Positions 39,465-55,072 of a stretch of 64,000 nt of DNA are shown in pieces. The translations under genes and the position numbers were made by a program. The stretch spans positions 7,968,001 through 8,032,000 of the forward strand of contig CP068257.2 of NCBI GenBank assembly GCA_009914755.4, read 5' to 3'. The first letter of the stretch is position 1. Every line of letters starts with the position of its first letter. This DNA comes from the human T2T-CHM13v2.0 reference genome, Homo sapiens. The notes beneath the pieces are model-generated. The model did not search any database, had not been told where the DNA came from, and saw only the letters and a list, made by a program, of their open reading frames with translations.

Positions 39465-40862
39465 TATTCATATATATATTCATACACATATATTCATATA
39501 TATATATTCATACACATATATTCATATATATATATTCATATATATACATATATATTCATATATATTCATATATATATTCATATATATATACATATATATT
39601 CATATATATTCATATATATATACATATATATATTCATATATATATACATATATACATATATATATTCATATATATATTCATATATATATTCATATATATA
39701 TTCATATATATATTCATATATATATTCATATATATATTCATATATATATATTCATATATATATTCATATATATATATTCATATATATATTCATATATATA
39801 TATTCATATATATATTCATATATATATATTCATATATATATTCATATATATATATTCATATATATATTCATATATATATATTCATATATATATTCATATA
39901 TATATATTCATATATATATTCATATATATATTCATATATATTCATATATATATATTCATATATATATTCATATATATTCATATATATATATTCATATATA
40001 TATTCATATATATTCATATATATATATTCATATATATATTCATATATATATATTCATATATATATTCATATATATATATTCATATATATATTCATATATA
40101 TATATTCATATATATATTCATATATATATATTCATATATATATTCATATATATATATTCATATATATATTCATATATATATTCATATATATTCATATATA
40201 TATTCATATATATATTCATATATATATTCATATATATTCATATATATATTCATATATATTCATATATATATTCATATATATTCATATATATATTCATATA
40301 CGTATATTCATATATATATTCATATATATATTCATATATATATATTCATATACATATATTCATATATATATATTCATATACATATATTCATATATATATA
40401 TATTCATATACATATATTCATATACATATATTCATATACATATATTCATATATATATTCATATATATATATTCATATATATATATTCATATATATATATA
40501 TGCATATATATATATATTTATATATATATTCATATATATATATTCATATATATATATTCATATATATATATTCATATATATATTCATATATATATATTCA
40601 TATATATATTCATATATATATTCATATATATATTCATATATATACATATATATTCATATATATATTCATATATATACATATATATTCATATATATATTCA
40701 TATATATATTCATATATATATATTCATATATATATATTCATATATATATATTCATATATATATATTCATATATATATATTCATATATATATATATTCATA
40801 TATATATATTCATATATATATATTCATATATATGAATTCCAACAGAATTCCATATATATATA
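39414..40862. repeat. AT-rich tandem array of about 1.45 kb. The unit is about TATATATTCA (10 bp), with (TA)n-expanded and TACATATATTCA variants. It forms the 'loop' between the inverted-repeat arms.
   Basis: '...tattcatatatatattcatatatatattcatatatattcatatatatatattca...' continuous from about 39414 to about 40862. The 496-aa and 483-aa ORFs (YIYIHIYIF...) in the track are translations of this repeat. Confidence 0.95.
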
Positions 40863-40887
40863 ATGAATTCCAACAGAAAAAAGCCAA

Positions 40888-41019
40888 TTTCGGAAAGATA
40901 GCCTCAATTTTGATGCATTTACTCACACCTAACTCTATTTCAATTTAACTGGTGCAGAGGCATTACAATACCCTGTAACAAAAACCTGGCGGAAGATTAC
41001 AACAAATTGCTTAAACGTC
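40888..41019 (-). repeat. Right arm of the 133-bp inverted repeat, reverse complement of 39232-39364
   Basis: 'tttcggaaagatagcctcaattttgatgcatttactcacacctaactctatttcaatttaactggtgcagaggcattacaataccctgtaacaaaaacctggcggaagattacaacaaattgcttaaacgtca'. Confidence 0.9.
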
Positions 41020-43185
41020 AAACCAAAGACTCACATAATTTCATCATAAAGTGAAATTTGCATCCAACTCTCAAAGAATTAGAACATCCTTGCACTTACC
41101 TTGGCCTTGTCCATTCCCCTGATGACCCCAAAAGACCACAGTCATCATCAACAGTCCCGGAGCCCACGTCCACATCCTTCTAGTGACACTTTCATGTCTT
41201 CTGGCCATTGCATCTTAAACTCTGCATATTCAGTGGGGTGGATGTGAAAGTACAATAAATTACATTCTTAGAGAAATATACTACGACTCAAATCCCATAT
41301 CTAATATGCACTTTGCATTTCTGAATTATCCTGCTTACAAGGAGGTACATTTGAAAATCATGCTTCCCTTTAGGATTGTCATATTGATGATTAATATGAA
41401 AGCTCATTCATCTTTAATCTTTATTCTAAGCATTCATCTGAATTACATTTTTAATATCATTTTCCAAAACAGGCCATTTAACCTATGAATGTTAAAAAGT
41501 ACTCCCAATATACATATTGGAGTTCAGTCAAGCAAAAAAATTGTGTATGGACAGTACTTAAGTATAACTTGATATTTAGGCAAATTGATGAATTTAACAT
41601 ACCATGTAATCTCTACATATATACAAAAGGACTTTTCAACACACTTATGTAAGTTTAGCATAAATACCCTTGAAAATATTCTCAAGTTTTAAGTGGTATT
41701 CTAATTATGGCAGTAATTAACTGAATAAAGAGATTCATCATGTGCAAAAACTAATCTTGTTTACTTAAAATTGAGAGTAAAATTAATTATAGAAGTTACA
41801 AAACACTTGTAATTTTGGTTTCAGATATATAACCCACAGGACTTTCATATATACAAACATTATATATGACAATGTATATTTGAATGTTCATTTTGAAACT
41901 GCTTTTCATACTGACACATGAAAATACTTAAATGTCCACCAAAGCAAGGTTATTTATTCATACATTTGAATGATATACAGTAGCTCAAAAGAATAAACTT
42001 GAGTTGCATGTACTAATATGGATGTGTCAAAAATGAATAGTGAAGCAAAACTAGCAAATTGAATAATAAGTTCAAAACTATACCTTTCATATGTAAACAT
42101 GTACAATAGTTAAAACTATACATTTTATGTTGCATAAATATATAATACAGTATAATAGCGCATAAGAATGATAAACACCTTCAAGACCAAAGTTAGGAAA
42201 TTACAAGACTACAATTTAAATGATTAACAGGTGGAATTTTAAATCAGAGGTTACTCCTAAATCCCAATTTTTCCACAGTTGACAAAATACGGAGTTAAGA
42301 AAAGTAAATTTAATGATTTCCAGAATGAATGCTTTATTCAAAATGCTACATAATTACAATTCTAATAAACTTGCAAGGGAATCCAGTTACCCAGAAGTTT
42401 TCTTTCTCCCTTTCTCCTACATCACGAAAGGGGAAGATTTAATTACCAACTTTGCATTACTTAACTTCAGACTCATAGTATCAGAGCTAAAGAGAAATGT
42501 AAGAAACACCTAACTCAACCTTTCCATTTTAAATGACCAAATGATTTGAGAAGGTTACAATGACATTTCTAAGTTCATATGTAAAAACAGAATTTTGATG
42601 ACAATGACAGTTTAAGTACTAATAAACACTCCATGAAAAGTTACTGTAATCCAGGTTATTTTACTGTGCTAAATGCCTTACATTCTTTACCCAGTTTGGT
42701 TTTCACAGAAATCCTATGAACAAAGCACTTTCAAAATTTACCACTTCACAGCTAAGAAAAACAAGGCTTAGAGAAATGCTACACGATCCCCTAGTCATGA
42801 GGTTAGTAGGTACTATTGTGGAGACTGAGGCAAAACAGGATGATTTCAATGCCTATGCTCTGAACAAGTAAACACTAAGCAGGAATTTAGTTCTAGATCT
42901 CCCAATTGTAATCCAATAATCAGCCAAAAAATGATTCTGAGGGGAAAAAAAGATGTCTTGTGTACGGAGCCTCAAGTATTTGATCCCAAATACATCTTCA
43001 AATTGAAAATCATTCGAGCATAAGGCAATAGAATTACTGTTTCTAAAATCATCAACCTTTCCCAAGTTGAACATACAAGTATATTTTATCATACATATAC
43101 TATATGTATGTATAACGTGTGTTTATATAAGTATTCCTGTGGTTTATATATCTGGACTTGGAATCAGAAGTATTTTGTGATATAT

Positions 43186-43458
43186 TTATTTATTTTTTAA
43201 AGTCTCCCTCTTTTGCTCTGGCAGGAGTGTAGTGGTGTGATCATAGCTCACAGCAGACTCCAACTCCTAGGCTCAAGCGATACTTTTGCCTCGGCCTCTC
43301 AAGTGGCTAGGACTACAGGCACGGACCACCATACCCAGCTAATTTTTTTATAGAGATGGGGTCCCACTGTGTTGCTTGACTGGTCTCAAACTCCTTAGGT
43401 CAAGGGATCCTCACACCTAGACTTCCAAAAGCAATGAGATTACAGGTGTGAGCCACCT
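43186..43458 (-). mobile_element. Alu in minus orientation with T-rich leader
   Basis: 'agtctccctcttttgctctggcaggagtgtagtggtgtgatcatagctcacagcagactccaactcctaggctcaagcgatacttttgcctcggcctctcaagtggctaggactacaggcacggaccaccatacccagctaatttttttatagagatggggtcccactgtgttgcttgactggtctcaaactcc...gattacaggtgtgagccacc'. Confidence 0.88.
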
Positions 43459-43594
43459 TGTGTTTTTTGATTTCTTCCATTAATTCTACTTTTAAATTTA
43501 ATTACACAAGATTAATTTTGTATACATAATGAATCTCTTTTGAGGTTTAAATTACTGATATAATTAGAGTAACACTTAACATGACTGTAATCCC

Positions 43595-43658
43595 AGCACT
43601 TTGGGAAGCCGAGGCGGGTGGATCACCTGAGGTGAGGCATGAGCCACCGTGCCCGGCC
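43595..43658. mobile_element. Tiny inverted Alu-Alu junction. Alu positions about 23-72 on the + strand are joined directly to Alu positions about 1-25 on the - strand.
   Basis: 'ctgtaatcccagcactttgggaagccgaggcgggtggatcacctgaggt' in + orientation is followed immediately by 'gaggcatgagccaccgtgcccggcc', which is the reverse complement of the Alu 5' end GGCCGGGCACGGTGGCTCATGCCTC. Confidence 0.6.
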
Positions 43659-44637
43659 TATATACATTCTTTTAACTACTACTTGCAGATATTTGTTCCC
43701 TTATAATTATAGGGGAACCACTTTCACTTAGTATCAAAATATCCAGATCCACTCATCAAAGTGTAAATAATCCTTGAGTAAATTACTTTTGCAAATTTAT
43801 TTTTATGTAATATTTACTTAACTTCCTCTTACCTACATCCAGTAGTCAATTTAAAAGGCAGAATTTTTACTATTTTATATAGAACTGAGGCAGTATTTGA
43901 AAAAAATCTCAAAACACTCTTCAGGAAGGACTGGCATCTAAAACACCAGTTCCAATACATATTTTAGTAACATTTTAATGGACAGATGGTTTTCAAAATG
44001 TTATTATAATTAAAAAAAAACCTTCCTCTGAGTTGATGTTTATGGAAAACTAATATTTCATAAATGCCAAGTTACTATGATGTATTATCTGAATGCTGCC
44101 CCTGCCATTCTATAAATATAAAAATCATAGCCTTCTAGCTAACTTTGGTATTAGTCAACAGTTGTGCTGATGAAAAGTAAAATCAATTCATTTAAAAAAA
44201 ATTTTCATGAAAGAAAAAACAAGTAACTTGTAAGAAGCATGGTAGATGAACCAAAAAATAAAGTAAGATTAACCATAAAGACATGCCATGGACTTCTCTT
44301 TTTTTGGAACACCCTTTTCATGCATATGAGAATAAAAATTAAATATTAAATACCTACTTTATGTATGTACTTTTACTTGTACCTATTGCTCTTTAAAGAT
44401 TAAAATAACTCCTAAAGCCTGGATAGTTGAGCCCATTGTGCTCTTCTGCCCATAAAATTGCTAAGCTGTGAATGGAAGTCCACATTAACAATATGAAGAT
44501 GTTCATCTCTGTTTTTGCAAGTTAAAGGAAAGAAGTTTGTTTTAATCTAACCAGATAGAAATGAGGCTGGACACGTTTAAAAAAATAAGCCCCAAAGCAA
44601 ATGCTATCAAATGCAGAATAGAGAGAAGAAATCCTTA

Positions 44638-46516
<1,879 letters not shown>

Positions 46517-49500
46517 GTGGAGATGGGGTGGAAGGCGGCACAGCTTGGCATTGCTGGAGTGTGATGTGATAGGAAAAGTGCAGCCGAAGACAAAAAAAGA
46601 TGTAAGTAGGCTTGACTCAGTGCAGCTAAGAACCTAGATGTTATCTTGAGGGTATTAACTAATAAGCAGTTTAAATCAGAATGCCACATTCTGATTTTTT
46701 GTATGTTCACATTTGGCAGGCATAGATACTGTTTGAAGAGAGGAAAGTCAGTAGATAGACCTTACAAATATGTGCCAAGTCTAGAAACAAGAGACTAGGG
46801 GGATAAGGACCTTTCAAAATAAAATGCAAGATTTGAAAACTGATTGGCTGGGGCATGAGGAAAAGGCAGGTCTTTAAGGTCAATCCCTGTTTTGCTTTAA
46901 GTTGTTAGCAGGTGGTTTTATCACATATTGTAGAATATGTCATTTCAGTTTTGAACATCTTGAGTTAAATTGTCCTAACGTATCTTATGAATTTGATTTT
47001 CTTCCCTGGGAAGCTAATATTTCAAAAACTTAAAGAGTATAGATTTCCAACTTGTATCCAATTTATAAAATTATCTGTAGGGTGCTGGTTTCAGGAGGAG
47101 GCTCATGACTATTCTATTTGCAGAGGATATATCAGGAGTTAACAACAGCTTCAATATTTGTGGACGACCAGTTAACTAAGCCACCTCTTAGTGTATTTAG
47201 ATGGGAAATCTTAGCTGAATATATTCAATAATCAACCAAGAGTGACTAAAAAATTCAATATTTAAGTATATTTCATTGTAATTAATTTGAATTGAAGCAG
47301 CCATATACAGCTAGTATTTACTACATTGAACAATGCAAATACGAGGAAAAAATTAATAACCATCTCTAATACCACATGCCAAAATCTTCATAAATTTATT
47401 CTAGCTAAAGGAGTTTATCAGAAGCAGCAATTGAAAGCACTAACTAAACCAGCTGGGGTTAATTCACTGTCATTCTCTCAGAACCATCTCTTCTCTGAAC
47501 AAAACAAGTAGAAGAGTTCATTGTGAATCTACATTCTCCTTGCCTATTTTAAGGTTTTGATGTTGACACTAATTTGTGAAATCCCTCCTGTGGTGTGATA
47601 TTTCGTTTTCCTTGCTTTCTGTTAGGACAAGAATGCTTCAGCTCTTAATTTAAAATTATGTTTCTCCTTCCTAGGTTGAGTGAACTTAGAATGCATTCTC
47701 TGACATATCCAAGTTTTTGTTAATATGAATTTGGGGGAAAAAGCATACTTAATTAGCTAAGACTTCTTATTCTAGGCTTGACCCTGTGTTTGACATCTTT
47801 TGAATCTGTAGTTGCATAGGCTGCTCTCTGACACCGGTTAGTGGCCTGGAAGCTATATTAACGTTAGGGGAGGTGGTGTGTGAGCATTACAGGTATCCTT
47901 GCAAGGAAAGACTTGTCTTATCTCAATACGTCTTTTTTTTGCACACAAGAAAGTCAGTGTTTGAGTCTTCTAAAATCTTCCTATTTCCAAGTTGCAGAGT
48001 ACCATTGATTCCTAAACAAAGATCTAATTTTTGAGTCAGAGACGTGGTAAGGTAGTGAATCACCATTATAATTTAACAGTCTTCAAGATAAAATTATCTC
48101 TCTGATAGTAAGATTTTGCCCAACTATTAAGATATTTGGGTGTTTCGTTAAGAATGGAAGACGCTAGTCTCTTGAGCAGAGACTATAAAGGCCTCAGATG
48201 ATCATTTATAATTATATGCTCTTTTCTTTAACACCTTCAACACAGTTGGAAGCAGCCGATATTCCCCAGAGTTGTTGTGTTTTTGAAACCAAATGCATGG
48301 TTCAGTGGTAGAAAACTGGGTTGATCCAAGCTGTTTTCAATAAACACTTCATTTCAGGTGACCTATTTCATATTAAATAATCTCTAGATCCTGTCTTCCA
48401 AACTAACTAGATCAGATAACCTACCCTGGATTTTCCCCTTTTAGGGTCTGTGAGCTGCAGTCACTTTTGTGAAAATGATTGCAATGACAAGATAGAGGTG
48501 TAGACCGGGAAAATGTTTTGACTAATTTAAGCATAGTGGTATTTCATATGAGAATTTAAGTGACACACATTTGAAAATTATAATGGAGTCTCTTGGCTGA
48601 GCTTTAAAGAAAAATAGCGTGTAGGCTAAAAAGGGAACTGTTACCTCTCCTAAAATCAGAAAGATGTTACAGTAATTCTCCATTCTCTAGAATTATCAGG
48701 AAGCACCTTTGTGATGATTTACTTTTGCTCTTGGGAGTGTGAGCCCGTGTAGTTGTGGAACCATCAATTAGAATGATGGCTTTCTGATCCCAAAGTCATT
48801 CGTTTGGAAAACAATATTTTTCATAAATTTGAAAGTGAGAAGGTTTGATCTTGCCATTCCCAAGTAACTCTCTTAATGAGAGGCATCAGCCTGCTTCAGT
48901 GACAGCTGTCACCTTCCAGTGCTGAGAGTCATCTTTGAGTTCTCCATTTCACTCCCTACACTCCAGTTTAGCTGCAGTTCTCTTGGCCAGTCCTCTGAAA
49001 TACATCTATGGCCTGACGACTTCTCACCACTAATACCACTCATCCTGACAGCATTCTCACCTAAGTCACTACCTATTTTCTGTGGACTACAATAGCCTCC
49101 GAATTTATTTGCTCACATAACCTATTTATTCTTCACAGTGCACGAGATACACCCCTTTGAAATGCAAACACAGTCATGTTATTCTCTGGTGAAATTATCT
49201 CATATATTCCTATCGCATTTAAAATTAATTCAGAATCATCCCATGATTATCAAAACCCTACATGCTCTTCCACAACATGGTTTACTTCATGTTTTTTTTT
49301 CCACTGTACTGAATTGGTGACTAATAGTCATATTTTTGTTTTTGCTCAAAAAGTCTTGACTTGTAAATTTTTCAGTTTTTCTTTTATCTACAGGTAACTC
49401 TTTTTTCGTAAGGCGAATTGCTTGCTTCCTTGAGTTCTGCTCTCAAAGATACCCTTCATTTTCTACCTAATATTAATAACTTTAATCACTCATTATTCCA

Positions 49501-49994
49501 TTACTATGCTCTATAGTGTATACAGTTTCTGTTCTTGCTCATGTTATTAACTAAAGTATTTATTGGTTCCAGTAATTTATTCCATAAATATTGTACACAT
49601 AAAAATTATGTTATTTTTATTGCTGTATGCTCAGCTGCCCAATAACTGTTTGAGGATTAACATATTTGTTAAATGCACAAATACATTCTTTCACAAATAT
49701 TAGTTTAATAATTTTATATTAAACTCCCTATATACTTACAATATGAATTAGATAACTCAGAATAAACATTCCGTTGGAGAAAACTAAACAATTTGTTATA
49801 AAACATCCTTAAAAGCATCAGAAAGTTAATACAGCAATGAAGAATTACAGGACCAAATTAAGAATGGTATGCAAGCCTGTTTGTGAGGCTTATGTTTGGG
49901 TTATCTCTTTACTTAGAGTGACTATAAATCTCAAAAGAGAACTAAAGGGAGAAATAACCATATCTACTAACATGGTAAGGGTATTTAAACATCT

Positions 49995-50160
49995 CTTAGT
50001 AATTGAGAAAATTGAAAGAAAAGAAAAAAGAAAGGGAGAAAGAGAAACAGTGAAAGGGATAATGAAGGAGAGAAAGAAGAGAAAGGAAGAGGACGAAAAG
50101 TAAAAAGATGGAGGAGGGGGAGGGAGGAAGAAAGAAAGGTGGAAAGAAAGAATGGTAAAG
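49995..50160 (+). repeat. Purine-rich (GA/AAG-rich) low-complexity tract
   Basis: 'gaaagaaaagaaaaaagaaagggagaaagagaaacagtgaaagggataatgaaggagagaaagaagagaaaggaagaggacgaaaagtaaaaagatggaggagggggagggaggaagaaagaaaggtggaaagaaag'. Confidence 0.85.
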
Positions 50161-50229
50161 TTTTCAACAACATAATTTATCCTTCTAGAATATGAATGTT
50201 GGTCTATTTGATGATGTCCCACAGATTCC

Positions 50230-50850
50230 TTAGTCTCTGCTCATTTTTTATTTGTTATTCTTTCTGTTTCTCAGAGTCAGTATTTTCCATTTTCTTATCT
50301 TCAAGTTCATGACTTCTTCTGTGTGTGCAAATATACTCTGAAATCCCTCTGGTGATTTTTGAATTATTATCATTGTAGTTTTCCACTCCAGAATTTCTGT
50401 TATCTCTTTGTTGATATTCCTACTTTTTAATATTTTTTCTGATTCCTTGATTTCTTTGTTTATGTTTTCCTTTTGACATTTGAGTATAATGAAGAGAGTA
50501 GTTTTAAAGTCTTTGTCTAATAAGTTTGAAGTCTGGGTTTCCTTAGAGATACTTTCTGTCAGTTTGTTTTGTTCCTTTGAATGAGCCATACTTTCCAATT
50601 CTTTGTATGTCTTGTAACTTTTTTTGAAAACTGGACGTTATAATAATTATAATTACTATGTGGTTATTCTGTAAATCAGAACCCCCCCCCCCACAAACAC
50701 AGTAATGTTTTGTGGTTTTAAATTTTATTTACTTATTATATTCTCAAGGTTTTTATTTTTAGTGAAATTTTCCAAAGTGATGTGCAAAACTGTTTGCTTT
50801 ATAAGGTGTGGTCACTGAAGTCTTTTTGTTTCCTTAACAAATGTTAAGCT
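50230..50850 (-). mobile_element. Probable old L1 (LINE-1) internal fragment in minus orientation. The family is not confidently named.
   Basis: + strand text such as 'ttccactccagaatttctgttatctctttgttgatattcctactttttaat...cctttgaatgagccatactttccaattctttgtatgtcttgtaactttttttgaaaactggacgttataataattataattactatgtggttattctgtaaatcag' parallels, from memory, antisense L1 motifs ('...gaaaactggacattttgaatattataatgtggtaactctggaaatcag...'). The - strand ORF 50248-50598 is Lys/Glu-rich, like an L1 ORF1 coiled-coil region. Confidence 0.45.
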
Positions 50851-52865
50851 AATGTTTTGACAGTGATTTTCTTGTATGTCAGGAATTAAGCAAACAGGCA
50901 AATACAACAAACACAAAGAAAAACAAGTAATCATTATCCAGCAAAATATGTCTCTAGTCCATGCAGACTGGCTTTGTGCTGGGTTCTTTAAAGCCGACAC
51001 AAAGTGTGTGTTCACTCTTGCACTGAGTGAAGTTCAAGTTCACTCTTGCACAGAGCCTGCACTGAGGGGAGGGATCGGCCAAGGTAAAAGTGTAGGGTCT
51101 TCTTATGACATTTGTCAGCATGTGGCTTAACCTATGCATACATGTGACTTTCTAGACTGTCCCATGTACGTGAATGATTTTGAATGTCTTAGTTTTCCAA
51201 ATACTCTTCTCCAACTTTTCTTCCTGTGCTGAAGGTGATCTACTATATGTGTAAACTCTAATTTTTGCCCTAAGAGTCTCTGGTTTGTTAGGTATCCTTG
51301 CAGTTTCTTAATAATGTCCATTCCTTATCTGTTCTGTATTCTAGCAACACAGAAAAAAAAAAAAAAGCCTTTCATTAGTCCTTTAGGTATCCCCCAGACC
51401 AGTCAGAACAGACACATAATAATTTGCGAGTAAGATCTTCTCTTGTTCCTTTGGATCATGGACCAGGGTTTCTCACTGGGAACGTGGGCTTCTGACACCT
51501 CAAAACTGCCAATTTGCTGGGGCAAAGGCAAGTTAAAAATGTCATAAAGTTTTCCAGTTGTCTTTTTCTTGAGTCCACTATCACTCGGTTGTTGTAATCT
51601 TTTGACCATTTTCCAGAGTTTTGGCAAAGTTTATTCGGACAGTTTCTCTTAGTTGTCTGATGTTTCTGTGGGGAAATGAAAGATTGCAGCTGTCTCCACT
51701 ACCATTTTGCTGATGCTCCTCTTTTGTCAATTTTTGCTTCACGTTGTTATGCTTTGTTATTAGTTCATGTATTAGTTTTATAGGGCTGCCATAACCAAGT
51801 AACACAAACTGGGTGCCTTGAAGAACATACATTTATAGTCTTATAGTCCTGGAAGCTAAAAATCTGAGCTTGAGGTGTCAGCAGGGATGGTCCCTTCAAG
51901 GGCTATGAGAGAAAGTCTGTTCTATGCCTTGTGTCTAGCTTCTGGTGGTTTAGTGGCAGTCTTTGGCATTCCTTGGCTAATCTCTGCCCTCATAATCACA
52001 TGGTACTCTCCCTGTGTGTATGTCTCCCTCTACTCAAATTTCTTCTTTTTATAAGGACATCAGTCATATGGAATTCAGGCTCATCTGATTTTATCTTAAC
52101 TTGATCACCTGCAAAGAACCTATTTCCTCATGAGGTCATATTCAGTGGTTAGGATTTCAGCATCTATATAGAGGAAACAATTTAGCTCATATCTGTGCAT
52201 ACATGATTGTAATAGCTATGTCTTCCTAAAGCGTTGACCCCCTTCTTACTACAGTATAAAATTTTAAAATCCTATTCACATTTTTAATAGTCTATGTTGT
52301 GTCTTATGAGTATAATGAGTTCAGTGTTCTTATGATTGCCCTTTGCATGATATTTTTTGTCATCTTTTTACTTTCAACCCATTAGTATCCTTGCATCTCA
52401 GCGTATATTGTGATCACTTGTTTTAATCCAGTCTGACAATCTCTCCCTCTTGATTGGATTTTAATCTGTTCACATTTAATATTATAATTGGTATAATTCT
52501 GTTTATGTCTGCCATTTTACCGTTTGTTTTGTATATTTCTCAAATATTTATCTTTATTGCTTTATTTTGCAATGAATGAATATTTTCTGAAATAGGGAAC
52601 TTTAGATTACTAATGAATTATTTTACTATATATTTTTGAGAATTTTTGTTGTTGTTGTAAGTTTACCATATAGGTATATGGAAAATTAATTAATCAAATC
52701 ATCTTCCAACTTATACTAGTAAAATTTTAGTAACACATAGAAACATCATTCTTATACAAATCTCTTTTATTTCCTCCATTTTAAAGTATTATCACTTTAC
52801 ACATTACATCTATTAAAGTTACAAAGCCAACAATACATTTTAGTAATTATTACTTTACCATCTAG

Positions 52866-53301
<436 letters not shown>

Positions 53302-54494
53302 ATTATACACATATTATTTTATAAACAATTTATGATAAACAGAAAACATGCATTTCTACTGTCTTATAATGTTAATTTTACCTATACCAGTGCTTTTTTA
53401 AAAAAAGTGGATTCAAATGACTGTCTTGTGCAACTTGCTTTTAGCCTTAGGAATTTATTTTGGTGTTTTTTCTTTTTTTGTTTGTTTGGTAGGTCTGCCA
53501 GCAACAACTTCAGTTAATATTTCTGTTTCTCTGGGTAAGTCTTTGTGTTATCTTCATTTTTGAAAACTAATTGCTGGATAAGGAATTGGTGGCTGACAGT
53601 TTTTTTTCCTTTGCATTTTTTGAATATATTATCCTCCTACCTCTTGCCTTCCATTGTTTCTGTTAAATCAGCTGTTAATCTTACAAAACATAGGTGCACA
53701 AAAAATAAACATGTGCATGAAGTGTGAGAAGGCTACATTCCTGAGACCCTGAGAAAAAGTACCTGCATAAGACTGAGATGAAATTACCTACTCTAGTTAT
53801 AATTGAAATCCCAAAAAGAAAAGGGGAAAAAATAATGGAGCCAAAGAAATATTTTTCAAAATAACTGCCAAAAATATTCTAAAAGAAGTGACAGAAAATC
53901 AAACTTCAGATATAGGAAACTCAGAGAATGTCAAATAGAACAAAAACAAATAAGAATTACATCTTGAAAAATCTTTAAAAAATCAACTCTAAATTTTATA
54001 TCTTGCTCCAAATATATAGAGATATAAATAGGTTATCTTCAAGATATGGAGAAAGCCATATCATGGAAACACTAAAATAAAGCTGTGGGAAGGACCACAT
54101 TGATATTAGACACAACAGAGTTCAGAACAAGAAATAGTATCAGAGATGAGAGATAATAGATAATATAATCATCAATTCTCAAGAAGATGTAAACCTCCTA
54201 CTAATTAGGGTATGCAGCTAACAACAGAACCTCCAAATACATGAGGAAAAACATGAAAGAAATCAAAGGTGAACTAGAAAAATCCAAAATTATATTTGCA
54301 GACTTCAACACTTTTGTCTTAGTAATAGACAGACTAGGCACAATCTCAGTAATCATGTGGAAGATAAGAACAACAATATCACCAACAAGACATCCAATCT
54401 GCAATGGCAGATACTCTTTCCTTTCAAGTGAAAAAAAAAAAAAAAACAGTATGGCGTATTCTGCAACAAACCCAGAATTTCTAATATTTGCGGT

Positions 54495-55072
54495 CTTCCT
54501 TCCTTCTTTCCATCTTCCTTTCCCTTCTCTTCCCTTCCCTTCCCTTCTTCCTTACTTTCTTCTTTTCCTCTTCCTTTTCTTTTTTCTTTTCCTTTCTTTT
54601 TCTTTCTTGTATTCTCCTTCCTTCCTTCTTTCTTTCCTCTTTTGCTTCCTTCCCTCCTCCCTCCCTTCCTTTCTCCCTCCCTTCTTTTCTTTTCTTTCTC
54701 AATTTCTTGCTTTCTTTCCTTTTTTCTCCCTTCCTCCCTCCCTCCTGTTCTTCCTCCCTCCCTTCCTTTCCTCCTTTTACCATCCTTCCTTCCCTCCTTC
54801 TCCTCTTTATTTTCTTTGTTTCTCTGCATTCCTCCCTTTTACCATTCTCTCTTCCTCCTTTCCTTCCTCCCTTCCTCCTTTCTTTCTTTCCTTCTTTCTT
54901 TCTTGTGTTCTTGCTTTCTTTTTTCTCGCTTTCTGCCTTTCTCCCTCCCTCCCTCCTTCCCTCCCTTCCTTCCTTCTCTCATTTCCTCGTTTTCTTTCTT
55001 CTTTCTTTCTTTCCTTCCTTCCTTCTTTCCTTCCTTCTTTTTTGTTTCTTTTATTTCTCTTTACTACAATTC
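54495..55072 (+). repeat. Polypyrimidine (CTTCC/TTCC/CCTTCC)n simple repeat of about 580 bp, a homopurine/homopyrimidine mirror-repeat tract
   Basis: 'cttccttccttctttccatcttcctttcccttctcttcccttcccttcccttcttccttactttcttcttttcctcttccttttc...ccctccctccctccttccctcccttccttccttc'. It is essentially all C/T on the + strand. The 280-aa (FLPS-rich) and 158-aa (KEGRK-rich) ORFs are artifacts. Confidence 0.93.

Noticed and set aside
39345-40863. 496-aa and 483-aa ORFs ([12 protein letters not shown]...)
   Set aside because: They are translation of the (TATATATTCA)n array. The amino-acid composition is limited to Y, I, H, F and S, and there is no plausible protein.
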